Of a stretch of 64,000 nt of DNA, positions 37,641-48,469 are shown one piece after another (within the stretch, counting starts at the first letter, position 1; the number at the start of each line of letters is the position of its first letter). Both the position numbers and the translations under genes were made by a program. A model generated the notes under the pieces. That model was given only the letters and a program-made list of their open reading frames with translations, ran no database searches and was not told the DNA's origin. The stretch covers positions 1 through 64,000 of the IMG/VR virus record IMGVR_UViG_3300001525_000609, one strand, 5' to 3'. The DNA is from a virus. Lineage: Duplodnaviria; Caudoviricetes.

Positions 37641-38114
37641 TCAGTCCTCGCCCTCTGCCTTCTCGCGCTCTATGCGGAGCGCGGTCAGGCAGTCGAGCAT
37701 GTCATAGGCCTCGGCCTCCGGGACGCCGTGTTCCGCCATGAGGCTCCATGCCGTCTCGGAGCCGTCCCATCCGCCGTCGGACAGGACGATGCATCCGTCG
37801 AGGAACGGCGTGCCGCGCATCGCCGTCAGCGATGCGATCCACTTCTGGAGGAACGCGGGGTCGTCCTCGGCACGGTCCGCCATCTCCCTGCGCCATGCGA
37901 TGCGCTCTGTCTCCTCGATCAGATCGCGCAGGCACGCGCCGCTCTCCGAGATCACCATGAAGACCGCGCCCTGCGCGGTCATGTACTTCTTGCGGTCGGC
38001 GGCCGATTGCTTCAGCCAACGGACGTCGGCCATGCGCATCGCCATGTCCAGGCTGTCGTAGGACTCCGCATCCCCGCAGTTCCCGTTGAACCACTCCACG
38101 ATGTAGGCCATCAT
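37641..38114 (-). CDS. Hypothetical protein carrying the W..S...K.Y domain
   Basis: RWLKQSAADRKKYMTAQGAVFMVISE; ATGA-coupled. Confidence 0.55.
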   Translation of the reverse strand: MMAYIVEWFNGNCGDAESYDSLDMAMRMADVRWLKQSAADRKKYMTAQGAVFMVISESGACLRDLIEETERIAWRREMADRAEDDPAFLQKWIASLTAMRGTPFLDGCIVLSDGGWDGSETAWSLMAEHGVPEAEAYDMLDCLTALRIEREKAEGED

Positions 38115-39312
38115 GCCACCTCGTGCGCATAGGGGCCGTGCCCCGCGATCCCTGTCACCATGGGCATGGCCATGGCCTTGCAGTCGGGGCATACATAGCC
38201 CAGGTTGAACCCCTCGCAGGACGATGCGTCAGCGTCAACGGGGCTGTCGCACATCTTCTTCATGCGGAGCAGGCACATCCTGCAATGGATGGGCTCGTCA
38301 TCATCGAACTCCTGTGATACGATCGCAGGGTCGTCGTCGCGGCGCACGGCGCCGCATGCGGCGCACTTTATCATCAGTACTAGCTTCTTGTCTGTCATCT
38401 TTGCACTCTCCTTGTCTCGAAACCGTTTCGTAATGGGTTTGTGCCGTGCATCGCACGGCACAGGGCGATGTCACTCGTCCTCCCGGTCGTAGCTCTCCTC
38501 GATGATGTCGTCGTAGAAGTACCCGAGCTCCCTGCACAGGTCTCTGATGGCGTCTGTCCTGATGTCGAACCATTCGATGGCGTGACGGCAGGCGCGCGGG
38601 TCTCCCGCCGCGCCGTCTATGGCCCTGAGCATGAGCCTCCTCTCGTCGTCCGTCGTCTTGATGACGGCCTTGAAGAACCGCTCCTCGTCCATCAGTCGCA
38701 CCTCCTTTCGAAGCCCTTCTCGTGCTCTCCGAGCTCCACGCCCTTCTCGGCGTAGTACGTCTCCCTGCCCTTGAGGATCATCTTGCCGACCTCCCTCATC
38801 CCGAAGGCGACGCCTCCGATCAGGCTGACCATGAGCGCCTGCTCGCGCTCGGTCAGCCCAGGGCACGCCAGGGACTTGATCTCTGCGATGCCGTCCATCG
38901 CCGAGTTGTACCGGTCGATGATGGTCGCCAGCGTGCTGATGTCGTGCACCAGCTCGGTGGTCTCTTGCGAGACCTCCGCATCCTCTCTTATCGTGTACTC
39001 TTCCGTCATTCCGTCACCTCCGCATAGATGGCGCTCGTGCCCTCCTTTTGATGCGACTTCTTCGTGCGCTGTCCCATGATGCACAGGACGGCCTCGATGA
39101 ACTCGGGGGCGAGCTCTTGGCTGAGGAAGTTCCTCAGCCAGACCATCGCCTCGTCGTTCAGGGGACGGGCAACGATGCCCATCCAGTCCAGAGCCTCCTT
39201 GATGATCTGGTCGCGGATCTTCTCGGGCAGGTCTGCGAACCTGTCTGCTGCGGACTCCGCGCTCCTGCGGGGGCTGCCCCACACGACATAGCTCACCTTG
39301 ACGTCGTTGTTC

Positions 39313-40152
<840 letters not shown>

Positions 40153-41630
40153 TTCTGTGTCTCCTTTGTCTTGTTTCTAAGGGGGTTCTAAAGGGTTTGT
40201 CATTGGTTTCTAGCGTCAGTTCTCCCAGCACACCGTGTACAGTCCGGGGCAGTCTATCAGCACCCTGTCGGCGCCGTCTTCCCTTGCCAGGTCTTCCTCC
40301 ACATCCAGGACGTCGTGGATTATCTCCTGTGCAGTCAGGAAGACCATGTCTGCGCCGTTGTAGTAGCTCCCCCTGCTGTACAGGCGGGCGATGGGCGCAG
40401 ACAACTCCGCCTTGTCGTCGTATCTTTCGGCGTCCCTGATGATATCGGCCAGCATCGCGGCGATAAGGTCGGGCCTCTCGGATTCGATTGTGTCTTTGCA
40501 CAGGTCGGGCCTGCATCTCAGTACGAACATCTTCATCTCTCCTTGTCGTTTTTAATCGGTTTCTAAGGGTGAAGCGGGGTTGACCCGCTTCTTATGTACC
40601 TGATTAGACTGATAGTTTTTATTTTTTACTATCAAATCTGCTGTACTGTATTACGCATCATCGGAGTCGGCATCCCAGATGACCTGGCATCCGTCGATGT
40701 CGAGGACGATCCCGGGGCAGTCCCTCTTCTCGGCCGCCGCGAGGATCTCGAAGACGATGTCCTCTGCGCTCCTCACGAGGAGCGTGCCGTAGGGGTACTC
40801 CGATCCGAGCGCGACATACTGCTGCGCGATGTCGTCGAGCCTCCTAAGGGCATAGTCGCGGGCGATCCTCATCGCCCTCTGGTTGTCGCCGTCCTCGCGG
40901 CGCTCGACCTCGTAGACGATGGTCTGCAGGCGGTCGATGAGCTTGCACACTGCCGTGGCAGCAGCCACGGCATCGTCGCCGTTGTACACGGCGTTGTCGC
41001 TGTAGTCTTGAATTCTGAACGTCATTTGATTCACTTCCGAAAGAAGATGCGAGGGGATTCCTCCCCTCAGGGTGTTCTCAGGCGAGCATCTCGCAGAGCA
41101 CGAGGAGCATGTTGCATGCCCCTTCGTCGTACTCGCTCAGGTCTTCCGTCCCGTTCGTAGGGCGGTCGCAGATTCCCTGCCCGACACGGGCGAGGACGCC
41201 TGCGGTGAGCTGGGGGCTCACGTCGGCCTCTTCGGTGACGAGACCGAAGATAAGGCTGTCGATGACGGCCCTGGCGCCGCGGATGTGCTCGGCAGTCCAG
41301 TCCGCGGGGAAGGCGTCGCGGTCTGAGACCGCGAGCCTCGCTGTCACGAGGTCGGCCATTTCGAGGTACTTCTGTCCGTTTGCGTTTGTCTTCATTTTTC
41401 AAACTCTCCTTTGTCTTGTTTCTAAGGCGTTTCTTAACGGGTTTCGGATGCATTTCGCATCCTCACAGTCTAGATAGTCGTTCCAGTATATATTTTTTAC
41501 TGAAAGATTTGGTTGAATGTATTACACAGGTACGATGCGATGCACCGTGCCTGTCGGCACGATCCCGGGCCCGGGATCGGGCACGCGGGGGGGGGGAACG
41601 GCTGACCCTTCGGGGTCAGCCGCCCGATCC

Positions 41631-42392
41631 TCAGAATTCGAAGAGGTGCTTCTGCTCGCTCTCATAAAGGGCCTCGCGCAGCCACTGGTCAAGGGTCTGC
41701 TCCAAGGCATACCCGAACGCTCCGGAGTCGAACTCGCTCCCATCTACACGGGAGATGAGGGTGTAGTATGCCCAATAGGGCCATTCCTCAAGCTCCTCTT
41801 CATCTCCATATCCATCCCATTCCTCCATGATGATGGCGAGGGTGGGGGAGATGCACATCGTCCTGCCTTTCCAGCCGTTGCCGCCCATGATGATGCTGCG
41901 GGCCTCCGCCTCCGAGACCTCCTCGGCACCGCTGAGGTCGTGCACATCCGGCTCGGACATGCATCTCCTCGGCTTGAGCGTGATATTGAAATAGGTGTCG
42001 CTGGGGATGTCGTAGGACGGCTGGAGGTAGACGTCCATGAGGCCGAGGGCCACTGCCCTCTCGTCCTCTTCGTCCGCCTGGGCACAGGAGCAGCCGTTGT
42101 TGTACAGGCCCTCCACGCAGCTGAGGTGCTCCGTGAAGTACATCCTGCCGTCGATCCCGGGTTCGGCCTTGGGGCATGACCCCTGGTTGGCGATGACTGA
42201 GACGTGGCAGCCCTCCTCGTCGAAGACGCTGCCGTGCAGCTCGCGCTCTATGCGGTCGATGAGCTCCATGATGTGCGACACAGGGAAGGCAGCGAACTCC
42301 TCGATGGTTACGGGGTAGCCCACGGCCTCGGATATCGCATCGACCGGTGCCCTGAATTCGACGTTCTTTGCTTCGAAGTTGAACATTGTCAT
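41631..42392 (-). CDS. Acidic hypothetical protein
   Basis: ATG 42392 preceded by the conserved AAAGGAGAG leader. Confidence 0.6.
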   Translation of the reverse strand: MTMFNFEAKNVEFRAPVDAISEAVGYPVTIEEFAAFPVSHIMELIDRIERELHGSVFDEEGCHVSVIANQGSCPKAEPGIDGRMYFTEHLSCVEGLYNNGCSCAQADEEDERAVALGLMDVYLQPSYDIPSDTYFNITLKPRRCMSEPDVHDLSGAEEVSEAEARSIIMGGNGWKGRTMCISPTLAIIMEEWDGYGDEEELEEWPYWAYYTLISRVDGSEFDSGAFGYALEQTLDQWLREALYESEQKHLFEF

Positions 42393-42513
42393 TTCTGTAC
42401 TCTCCTTTGTGTTCGAGGGGTTTCGAAAGGGTTTGGGAAAGGGGTCGGCACAGCCCCCTGCCCTTGAGGGGGCAGGGGAGTCGCTGCGGATCCGTGAGGA
42501 TCCGCATGGCTGC

Positions 42514-42960
42514 TCAGCAGGCCATGTTCTCGACCTTCTCGGTGTCCAGCTCGCCGTCCGCATCGAAGATGCGGCTTCCGACGGGCTGCGCCCTGTCGAT
42601 GTCCCTGACCATCCAATCGATGAACTGGTCGTCGTCCTCGTCCTCGTCGTTTTCAGGCGCGTCGATGCGCTCGACGATGTTGAAGTCATCGTCGATGATG
42701 TACGTCCCGTTGTCGAGTGCCTCGGCAAGGTTGCTGAGGACGTCGATCCCGATGCTGAGGTTCCCGCCGAAGTAGTTGGCGATGACCTGGACGAGCCTCG
42801 CGAATCCGTAGTCGAACTGGTTCCCGGTCCTGAACCTGCGCAGCTGGGCATACTTGAGGAATGCCCTTACCGATCCGGCGTCTCCGTTCCAGTGGAGGTA
42901 GATCCCCACGCCGTTGTTCTCGTAGTTCTGCTTGGTCGTTATGATTGCTCTGTCTCCCAT
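42514..42960 (-). CDS. Phage-type hypothetical protein (IYLHWNG motif)
   Basis: MGDRAII...GVGIYLHWNG; conserved leader upstream. Confidence 0.6.
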   Translation of the reverse strand: MGDRAIITTKQNYENNGVGIYLHWNGDAGSVRAFLKYAQLRRFRTGNQFDYGFARLVQVIANYFGGNLSIGIDVLSNLAEALDNGTYIIDDDFNIVERIDAPENDEDEDDDQFIDWMVRDIDRAQPVGSRIFDADGELDTEKVENMAC

Positions 42961-43155
42961 ATCGATACTCTCCTGTTGTTCTGGAAGGGGTTTCTAAGCT
43001 GTTTGAACGGTTGGTGTTAGCGTCATTGCGGAGCGCCCGGGCACAGGCACGGGCACACGGGTCGGAGGGCGATCCTCCGGCTGTTCGCCGGAGGACAGCC
43101 CCCTGCCCCCTCAAGGGCAGGGGGAATCATGGACCCTTGTCATCGTCCATGTCCC

Positions 43156-44082
43156 TCACAGCCCCTCGCTCTCGACCTTCTGGAGGATGGTCGTGGCCAG
43201 CTTAGCGATGGCCTCGTCTTCGGTCGCGTACCGGTCTCTCGTGTCGCGGAAGTCCTCGCAAAGAGGCTGCACGATGAGGGGCACGCATCCGTCTCCGATG
43301 GTCGCCTTGGCCATGGCCAGGACCGCCTCTCTCGCCCCCTTCGACCCCAGCTCCGTGCTCAGGCTGTACCCGAGCCCGGGGTTGCGGGGGAACCGTGGAT
43401 TGGTCGTCAGCCAGTTGAATACCAGTCCTCTGAAGTAGGACGGGTTGGCAACCATAAAGAGGAGCTTGGGGATGTTGAGCGCCTCTTCTGCGCGCTTCAT
43501 CGGCATCATGCACGAGAGGACCCTCGGCCCTGTGCGGCTCCCCGTCACAACAGTGGTCATGATGTTGACCTCCACCCTGAACCCCGACCTCTCCAGGGAC
43601 GCGATGGCGATGGCCACTGCTGTCGCGGTGCTCTTGAGGTCCTCGCCGCTGATCCTGCAGTAGACCGCAGGATCGAGGACCATGCGGATGACCTTGGACT
43701 TGACCTTCCGAGTCACGACCCTGGTCATGCATTCCGGGATCCCCTGAACGTACAGGGGAACGACTACATTCCCGCCTGTGACGTCGCGCTTGACCTCTCT
43801 GAGCTTGGCGATCTCTCTGCTGAGCTCGCCCTTGCACCTCTGGACCTTGCTGATGAAGGCGGGGTCGCTGATCCCGGACCTGATGCGCTCCTGGAGCTCC
43901 GCTCCCGACCTGAACCCGGACCACTGAGGATCGTACACGGGGGCACCGTGTATGAAGTCCTTGTTGATGTCCGCGTGGATGGGCTTACGGCCCTTGAGGG
44001 TCGTAAGGGCGTCCGCCATGGAGGAGAAGACCTCCATCTCGGCCTTGAGGCCGTTCTTGAGGGGAACCGTTGCGGTTCTCAT
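43156..44082 (-). CDS. VWA-like partner of the MoxR ATPase
   Basis: Directly downstream of the AAA gene. AVAIAIASLERSGFRVEV, VKAEE-like MKRAEE and ANPSYFR patterns typical of MoxR-associated VWA-like proteins. Confidence 0.6.
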   Translation of the reverse strand: MRTATVPLKNGLKAEMEVFSSMADALTTLKGRKPIHADINKDFIHGAPVYDPQWSGFRSGAELQERIRSGISDPAFISKVQRCKGELSREIAKLREVKRDVTGGNVVVPLYVQGIPECMTRVVTRKVKSKVIRMVLDPAVYCRISGEDLKSTATAVAIAIASLERSGFRVEVNIMTTVVTGSRTGPRVLSCMMPMKRAEEALNIPKLLFMVANPSYFRGLVFNWLTTNPRFPRNPGLGYSLSTELGSKGAREAVLAMAKATIGDGCVPLIVQPLCEDFRDTRDRYATEDEAIAKLATTILQKVESEGL

Positions 44083-45333
44083 TCAGAACACCTCCTTCAT
44101 GGCCGCCTGGTAGTCCCTGAGGGACTTGATGTAAGGGTTGCGCACCGTCTTATCCATCCCTTCCAGGATGGTGGCCAGTGTGTCCTTCGTGACCGCCGCC
44201 TTGAGGAGTGCGACCTCAAAGGCGAACGTCGTCCTGTCTCCCTTGGACATCCCTGCTATGTAGGGGTCCTTGGAGGCCAGGATATCGGCGAATGTCTTCC
44301 CGCCCCTGTAGGAGGGCACGTAATCCGTCAGCCCCTGCTTGATGCAGGAGTTGCGGAACTCCCTGATGAAGACGGCGACCTTCTCGGCCTCCTCCGGGGG
44401 TATCCCTGAGGCCTTGATGCAGGCCAGGGATATCTCATCCTCATAGTTGACCTCGACCACACAGAAGCGGTCAAGGGTGGACGCATCCAACCTGTTGGCT
44501 GTCCCGTACTCCTCGGTCGCGCCGCGTCCGTTGGTGTTGGCCGTGGCGATGATCCTCAGCTCCGGGTTGACCGGAACGACCCCACGGACAGGGACATCCA
44601 TGAGGTTGTTGGCGATCATGGCGTTCATGGGGATGAGCGCCTCCGGGAGCGACCTGTCGACCTCCTCAAGGAGGAGGAGGCCAGGCTCGGTGATCGCCGC
44701 GGTCACTTGGCTCTTGACCTCGTTCCCGTTGGCGTCCGCGTACCCCGTCACATCGCTCCTCATCTGGGGCGATGTGAGCATGAAGAGCTGCTTGTCCAGC
44801 TCCTTCGCGATCCTGACCGCCATCTCGGTCTTCCCCGTCCCTCTCGGGCCGACCAGGAGGACCTTCTTCCCCATGGAGACCAGGGCCTTGACCTGCTCGT
44901 AGGTCCTGGGCTTGATGTAGCCGTCGGCATCCGCCTCCGGCTTCTTGGGCTTGGGCCTCGGCTCCTTCGGAGCCGGGGGAACCTCTTCCTTTGGCTCCTC
45001 CTTTGGCTCCTCCTTGGGGGCTTGGGCCGGGCCTTCCGATGGAAGGTAGAAGGCCCTGTCCTCCTCGGCCAGCCTGTCCCAGTTGGCGATGATGCGCTCG
45101 GCCATGACCGTTATCCCGTGCCACCCTGCGGTGTACAGGGAGCGGTAGGCGGCGATCATCCCCGTGATGACCCTCGCATCGGGCTCAAGGCCCTTGGCCT
45201 TGAGCTGCTCCTCGACCGCTCCGGCGAGGCACGCGATGCGCGTGTCGTTGTCGATGCAGGCCTTGGCCTTGGGGTTGATGGTGATGTCGGCGGTCTTGGC
45301 GATTCTGTACATGTTGTCTGCGATGTAGGACAT
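44083..45333 (-). CDS. MoxR/CobS-like AAA+ ATPase
   Basis: Walker A GPRGTGKT, Walker B LLLLEEVD, IATANT, Arg finger LDASTLDRF. Confidence 0.9.
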   Translation of the reverse strand: MSYIADNMYRIAKTADITINPKAKACIDNDTRIACLAGAVEEQLKAKGLEPDARVITGMIAAYRSLYTAGWHGITVMAERIIANWDRLAEEDRAFYLPSEGPAQAPKEEPKEEPKEEVPPAPKEPRPKPKKPEADADGYIKPRTYEQVKALVSMGKKVLLVGPRGTGKTEMAVRIAKELDKQLFMLTSPQMRSDVTGYADANGNEVKSQVTAAITEPGLLLLEEVDRSLPEALIPMNAMIANNLMDVPVRGVVPVNPELRIIATANTNGRGATEEYGTANRLDASTLDRFCVVEVNYEDEISLACIKASGIPPEEAEKVAVFIREFRNSCIKQGLTDYVPSYRGGKTFADILASKDPYIAGMSKGDRTTFAFEVALLKAAVTKDTLATILEGMDKTVRNPYIKSLRDYQAAMKEVF

Positions 45334-45364
45334 TTTGGTACTCTCCTTTTTCGTGGTAAAAAGT

Positions 45365-45871
45365 TTAGTTGCCAGGAGTGGCGGGGGTGTCGGTGTTCTG
45401 CTGCTTGAGCTCATCCAGATAGTCGCGCGACCTAACAGGGTCGTGCGTCTGGAATCCGATGACGGGCTCAAGTCTGCTGGCGGCTTCGAGATCTGCGCCG
45501 TTCGGCAGTGATGCGAACAGGGCACGGACCTCGGTCTCCTTCGGCTTGAAGTTCTTCTCATACGCGATGGCGGACTGCTTTGCTAAGGCAGCCACGGCCT
45601 CGCGTGCTCCCGCATCCGACATCACAACATCGATGTCGTGCGTTGTCTTGGAGGTCCTCACGAATGTCCAGTTGGTCGACTCGACCGACTGGATGAGCTG
45701 GCCCGTAGCTTCATCACGGGCCTCCTCCTGTGACCATGCATGCATGAGCAATGCTTCATTGGCCAGCTTGAGCTGGCGGACTTGCTCTTCGAGATTCGCG
45801 ATCTCGGTGGCGTTCTTGTCCGCCATGTCGATTAGCAACTTGAACTTGGATACTTGTGGTAGTGATGCCAT
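45365..45871 (-). CDS. Coiled-coil hypothetical protein, first gene of the leftward arm
   Basis: AAGGAGG RBS; N-terminal heptad pattern. Confidence 0.6.
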   Translation of the reverse strand: MASLPQVSKFKLLIDMADKNATEIANLEEQVRQLKLANEALLMHAWSQEEARDEATGQLIQSVESTNWTFVRTSKTTHDIDVVMSDAGAREAVAALAKQSAIAYEKNFKPKETEVRALFASLPNGADLEAASRLEPVIGFQTHDPVRSRDYLDELKQQNTDTPATPGN

Positions 45872-46266
45872 TTATGTATGCCTCCTTGTGTGATCAGGGT
45901 CGGCGGCGATGATGATCGTCGCCGAGTTTGGTGGCGGTCGCATTCGACCGCGCTGGCGGTGATGGATCCGCGCGGTTGCGCGGATGATTTTATCCGAGGA
46001 CGGATCGCCAAGCCCACGAGGACGCCGGCGGCCATGAGGTCGCGGCCAGGTCGGAACGGTCGCGCACATCTCCGAGGGTGGTTGAAGCTCGGAGGTAGCA
46101 CGCGGCCGCGATGCTATCGGAGATTCGCGTCGGCCGATGATCGTCATCGCACATGATAGGATGGACGAGCTACGTCCCATGTGCTCGGAAGGATGAACTG
46201 CGCGATCGCTCAGAGGGGATTCGTCTCCCATGTAACCCGATGGGGGCCTGCGGCCGGGTCGCGGCC

Positions 46267-46491
46267 GCACGTCGTAACGTGCAACTGCTAGCGACTCGCT
46301 TAAGCCAGCCAGCGCATGGACTCAATCCATGAGCGACGGGATTAATCCAACCCATCCGATAACCCAACCCGTGGGTTGGATTGTCCGTAGCTGGACTAGT
46401 CCAGTCGCTCATGGGATTGGACTTATCCCATGAGCAACCGCGCGGATTCATGCCGAGACTAAACCCGTCCTGTTGGATTAGGGTTTAATCC
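46267..46491. other. Cluster of interlocking inverted repeats in the divergent non-coding region
   Basis: At least seven stems, three of them 11 bp long, plus a 14-bp perfect palindrome; see findings. Confidence 0.75.
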
Positions 46492-46876
46492 CGCATCAGA
46501 TACAATCCGACGCTTTACGTATCTAAGACTCCCGTAGGCGCCTTTTTGTCATGACGTTGTACACGTCACACGACTGGCCACTGTATGTCGCGGTTAGGGA
46601 TATATACCCTTCGGTCAATCGGCACAAAATGTATTACATATGCTACGGCCCCGGTATCCCTGCTCGGCCCGCGATCGCGCGCGTGGATCGGGCGCGTCCG
46701 CATACACGTCATGCGTGTGCAGTACCTGCCTATGTGACCGCGATACGGGCCTACCCCCGGGTATAGAAATGAGGGGGTCGATGTTCGTCACGGCTGTCAA
46801 CTCCTAATCTGTATACCGTCATACCTATATACTGTCAAACCCTCACCCGTTCTGAGCGCACAGCTCATGTGATAAC

Positions 46877-47623
46877 ATGGAATTCGAATGGACAGATGCG
46901 ATGGCGACCAAGACCGATGCGGCGAAGCTCTCTGCGATGCTCTCGGCCGTGTCGTCTCAGACCGACCGCGTGAACGTCGCCATCGGAGCCGACGGCTCTG
47001 TGACGGTGCGCGCGGTCTCCCCCGACCACGTCACGATGGTCGGGATCGATGCGGAAGCAGGCACGGTGATGGGTATTTGCTCCCCCGTGTCGTTCGAAGC
47101 GGACGTGAACGCATGGCTTGCCTTCCTCCGCAGGTGCAAAGGCGACGTCGCTATGCTCTGGCTCGGCTCGTCGGCGGTCCAGCTCAGATGCCGTGGCGTC
47201 AGCGCCGTCCTGCGTCTCGACCCTCCCGGCCCCGATGTGCGCATACCGTCTCTGAGCCTTGAGGACCAGTGCGTGTTCGACCCTGCCGTGCTGAAGGACA
47301 TGGCGGCCCTCGTGCCCAAGTCCAGCGTCGCGTACTGGCGCATGTCGCTCACGCCCTCGGGCCTGAACGTGTCCGTCCGCGACGATACGGGCACAGGCCC
47401 CGGCGCAGAGCTCGCAGCCGGCGACATGGACCTCTGCGACGTCCCCTCGGGGCAGGCCGAAGCATCGTTCCCCCGCGAGAGATGGACCGACGTGCTGAAG
47501 GCCCTTCCTTCCGGCGCGATCGGATTGGAGCTCGGCAACGACTATCCCTGCCGCGTGACGTTCGGCGGTGTCGGATGGAGCGGGCAGTGGATGTGCGCGC
47601 CCATCATAGAGTCGAGGCGATGA
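46877..47623 (+). CDS. pcn: PCNA-like DNA sliding clamp
   Basis: 248 aa with VSPDHVTMV, interdomain IPSL, LELGNDYPCRV and C-terminal MCAPIIE, matching the PCNA D.SHV.LV, L..DYP and LAP.I motifs. Confidence 0.85.
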   Translation: MEFEWTDAMATKTDAAKLSAMLSAVSSQTDRVNVAIGADGSVTVRAVSPDHVTMVGIDAEAGTVMGICSPVSFEADVNAWLAFLRRCKGDVAMLWLGSSAVQLRCRGVSAVLRLDPPGPDVRIPSLSLEDQCVFDPAVLKDMAALVPKSSVAYWRMSLTPSGLNVSVRDDTGTGPGAELAAGDMDLCDVPSGQAEASFPRERWTDVLKALPSGAIGLELGNDYPCRVTFGGVGWSGQWMCAPIIESRR

Positions 47624-47624
47624 C

Positions 47625-47846
47625 ATGAGAGGCGCGCAGGTGAGATGGTGCGAGCGCTGCGGGAAATGGTACAGGGCCGATGAGAGAGACCTCAGGACCT
47701 GCACCGTGTGCGGGCAGGTCCAGCTGGAGTACAGATGCTATCGTTGCGGTCGCAGGTGGACGCCGAAGAAGGAGTCGCCCAAGACGTGCCCTAAGTGCGG
47801 AAGCCCGTATTGGGACCGCGCTAGGGTGATGACCGATGAAGAATGA
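47625..47846 (+). CDS. Double zinc-ribbon protein
   Basis: CERC..CTVC and CYRC...PKTCPKCGSPYW. Confidence 0.75.
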   Translation: MRGAQVRWCERCGKWYRADERDLRTCTVCGQVQLEYRCYRCGRRWTPKKESPKTCPKCGSPYWDRARVMTDEE

Positions 47847-47861
47847 ATGAGGTGAGTTTAT

Positions 47862-48251
47862 ATGTCAGAAGGATATACAGGAGATAGTATGGTGCATGAT
47901 CGTGACAGTGCGTTGCAGGCGGTTGCTGCCGCCGACCAATGCCTGCAGGATCTGAAACGCATGATGCTCAACGGCGAGGTTCCGGGCTGCAAAGCTGCGT
48001 TCGCTGTCGCAGACGCCATCGCTTCCACAAGTGCCACGATGGTATGGCTGAAGGGCTGTTCTACCGATTCTCAGCCCGGAGCCGCGACAGAGGAGAAGGG
48101 GGCGGACGGGAACGCCCCTGCGAGCAGCAGTCCTGACGTGTGCGGAGTCCAACCGACCGCATCCGCCGAGAGCGTCACGGTCATGCCCATATCTGATGAC
48201 GAGAGCACAGTCAGAGTGGCCGATTCCGTATTCAGGAGCGAGGTCCTATGA
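47862..48251 (+). CDS. Hypothetical protein
   Basis: GAGGTGAG RBS; ATGA coupling to the next gene. Confidence 0.55.
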   Translation: MSEGYTGDSMVHDRDSALQAVAAADQCLQDLKRMMLNGEVPGCKAAFAVADAIASTSATMVWLKGCSTDSQPGAATEEKGADGNAPASSSPDVCGVQPTASAESVTVMPISDDESTVRVADSVFRSEVL

Positions 48252-48469
48252 TAGTCAATTATCGTGTCACCGCATCGAAGTTCGACGGCGACGCGTTCAT
48301 CCTCGAACAGTTCGAGACCCGCATCGACGCGGAAGCGTATTACCGCGATCTGCAAGCCGATGCCGATGGCCTGCTGTCGTCGATACAATGCGGGTCCATC
48401 AGGCTGATGTTCGAGGAGTTCCTCGGAGGCCAGTGGGTGTGCACCTCCAAGAAGGTCGTGGTATTATGA
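48248..48469 (+). CDS. Small hypothetical protein
   Basis: ATGA overlaps at both ends. Confidence 0.55.
   Translation: MIVNYRVTASKFDGDAFILEQFETRIDAEAYYRDLQADADGLLSSIQCGSIRLMFEEFLGGQWVCTSKKVVVL

Noticed and set aside
45872-46270. ORFs in the divergent gap (45872-46270, 45832-46101, 45878-46156)
   Set aside because: Arg/Pro-rich translations in all frames, with no RBS or coupling. Treating TAG as sense did not reveal a convincing protein.
46300-46500. CRISPR or mini-CRISPR array
   Set aside because: The repeats are short inverted elements without constant-length direct repeats and unique spacers. No CRISPR array was seen anywhere in the window.
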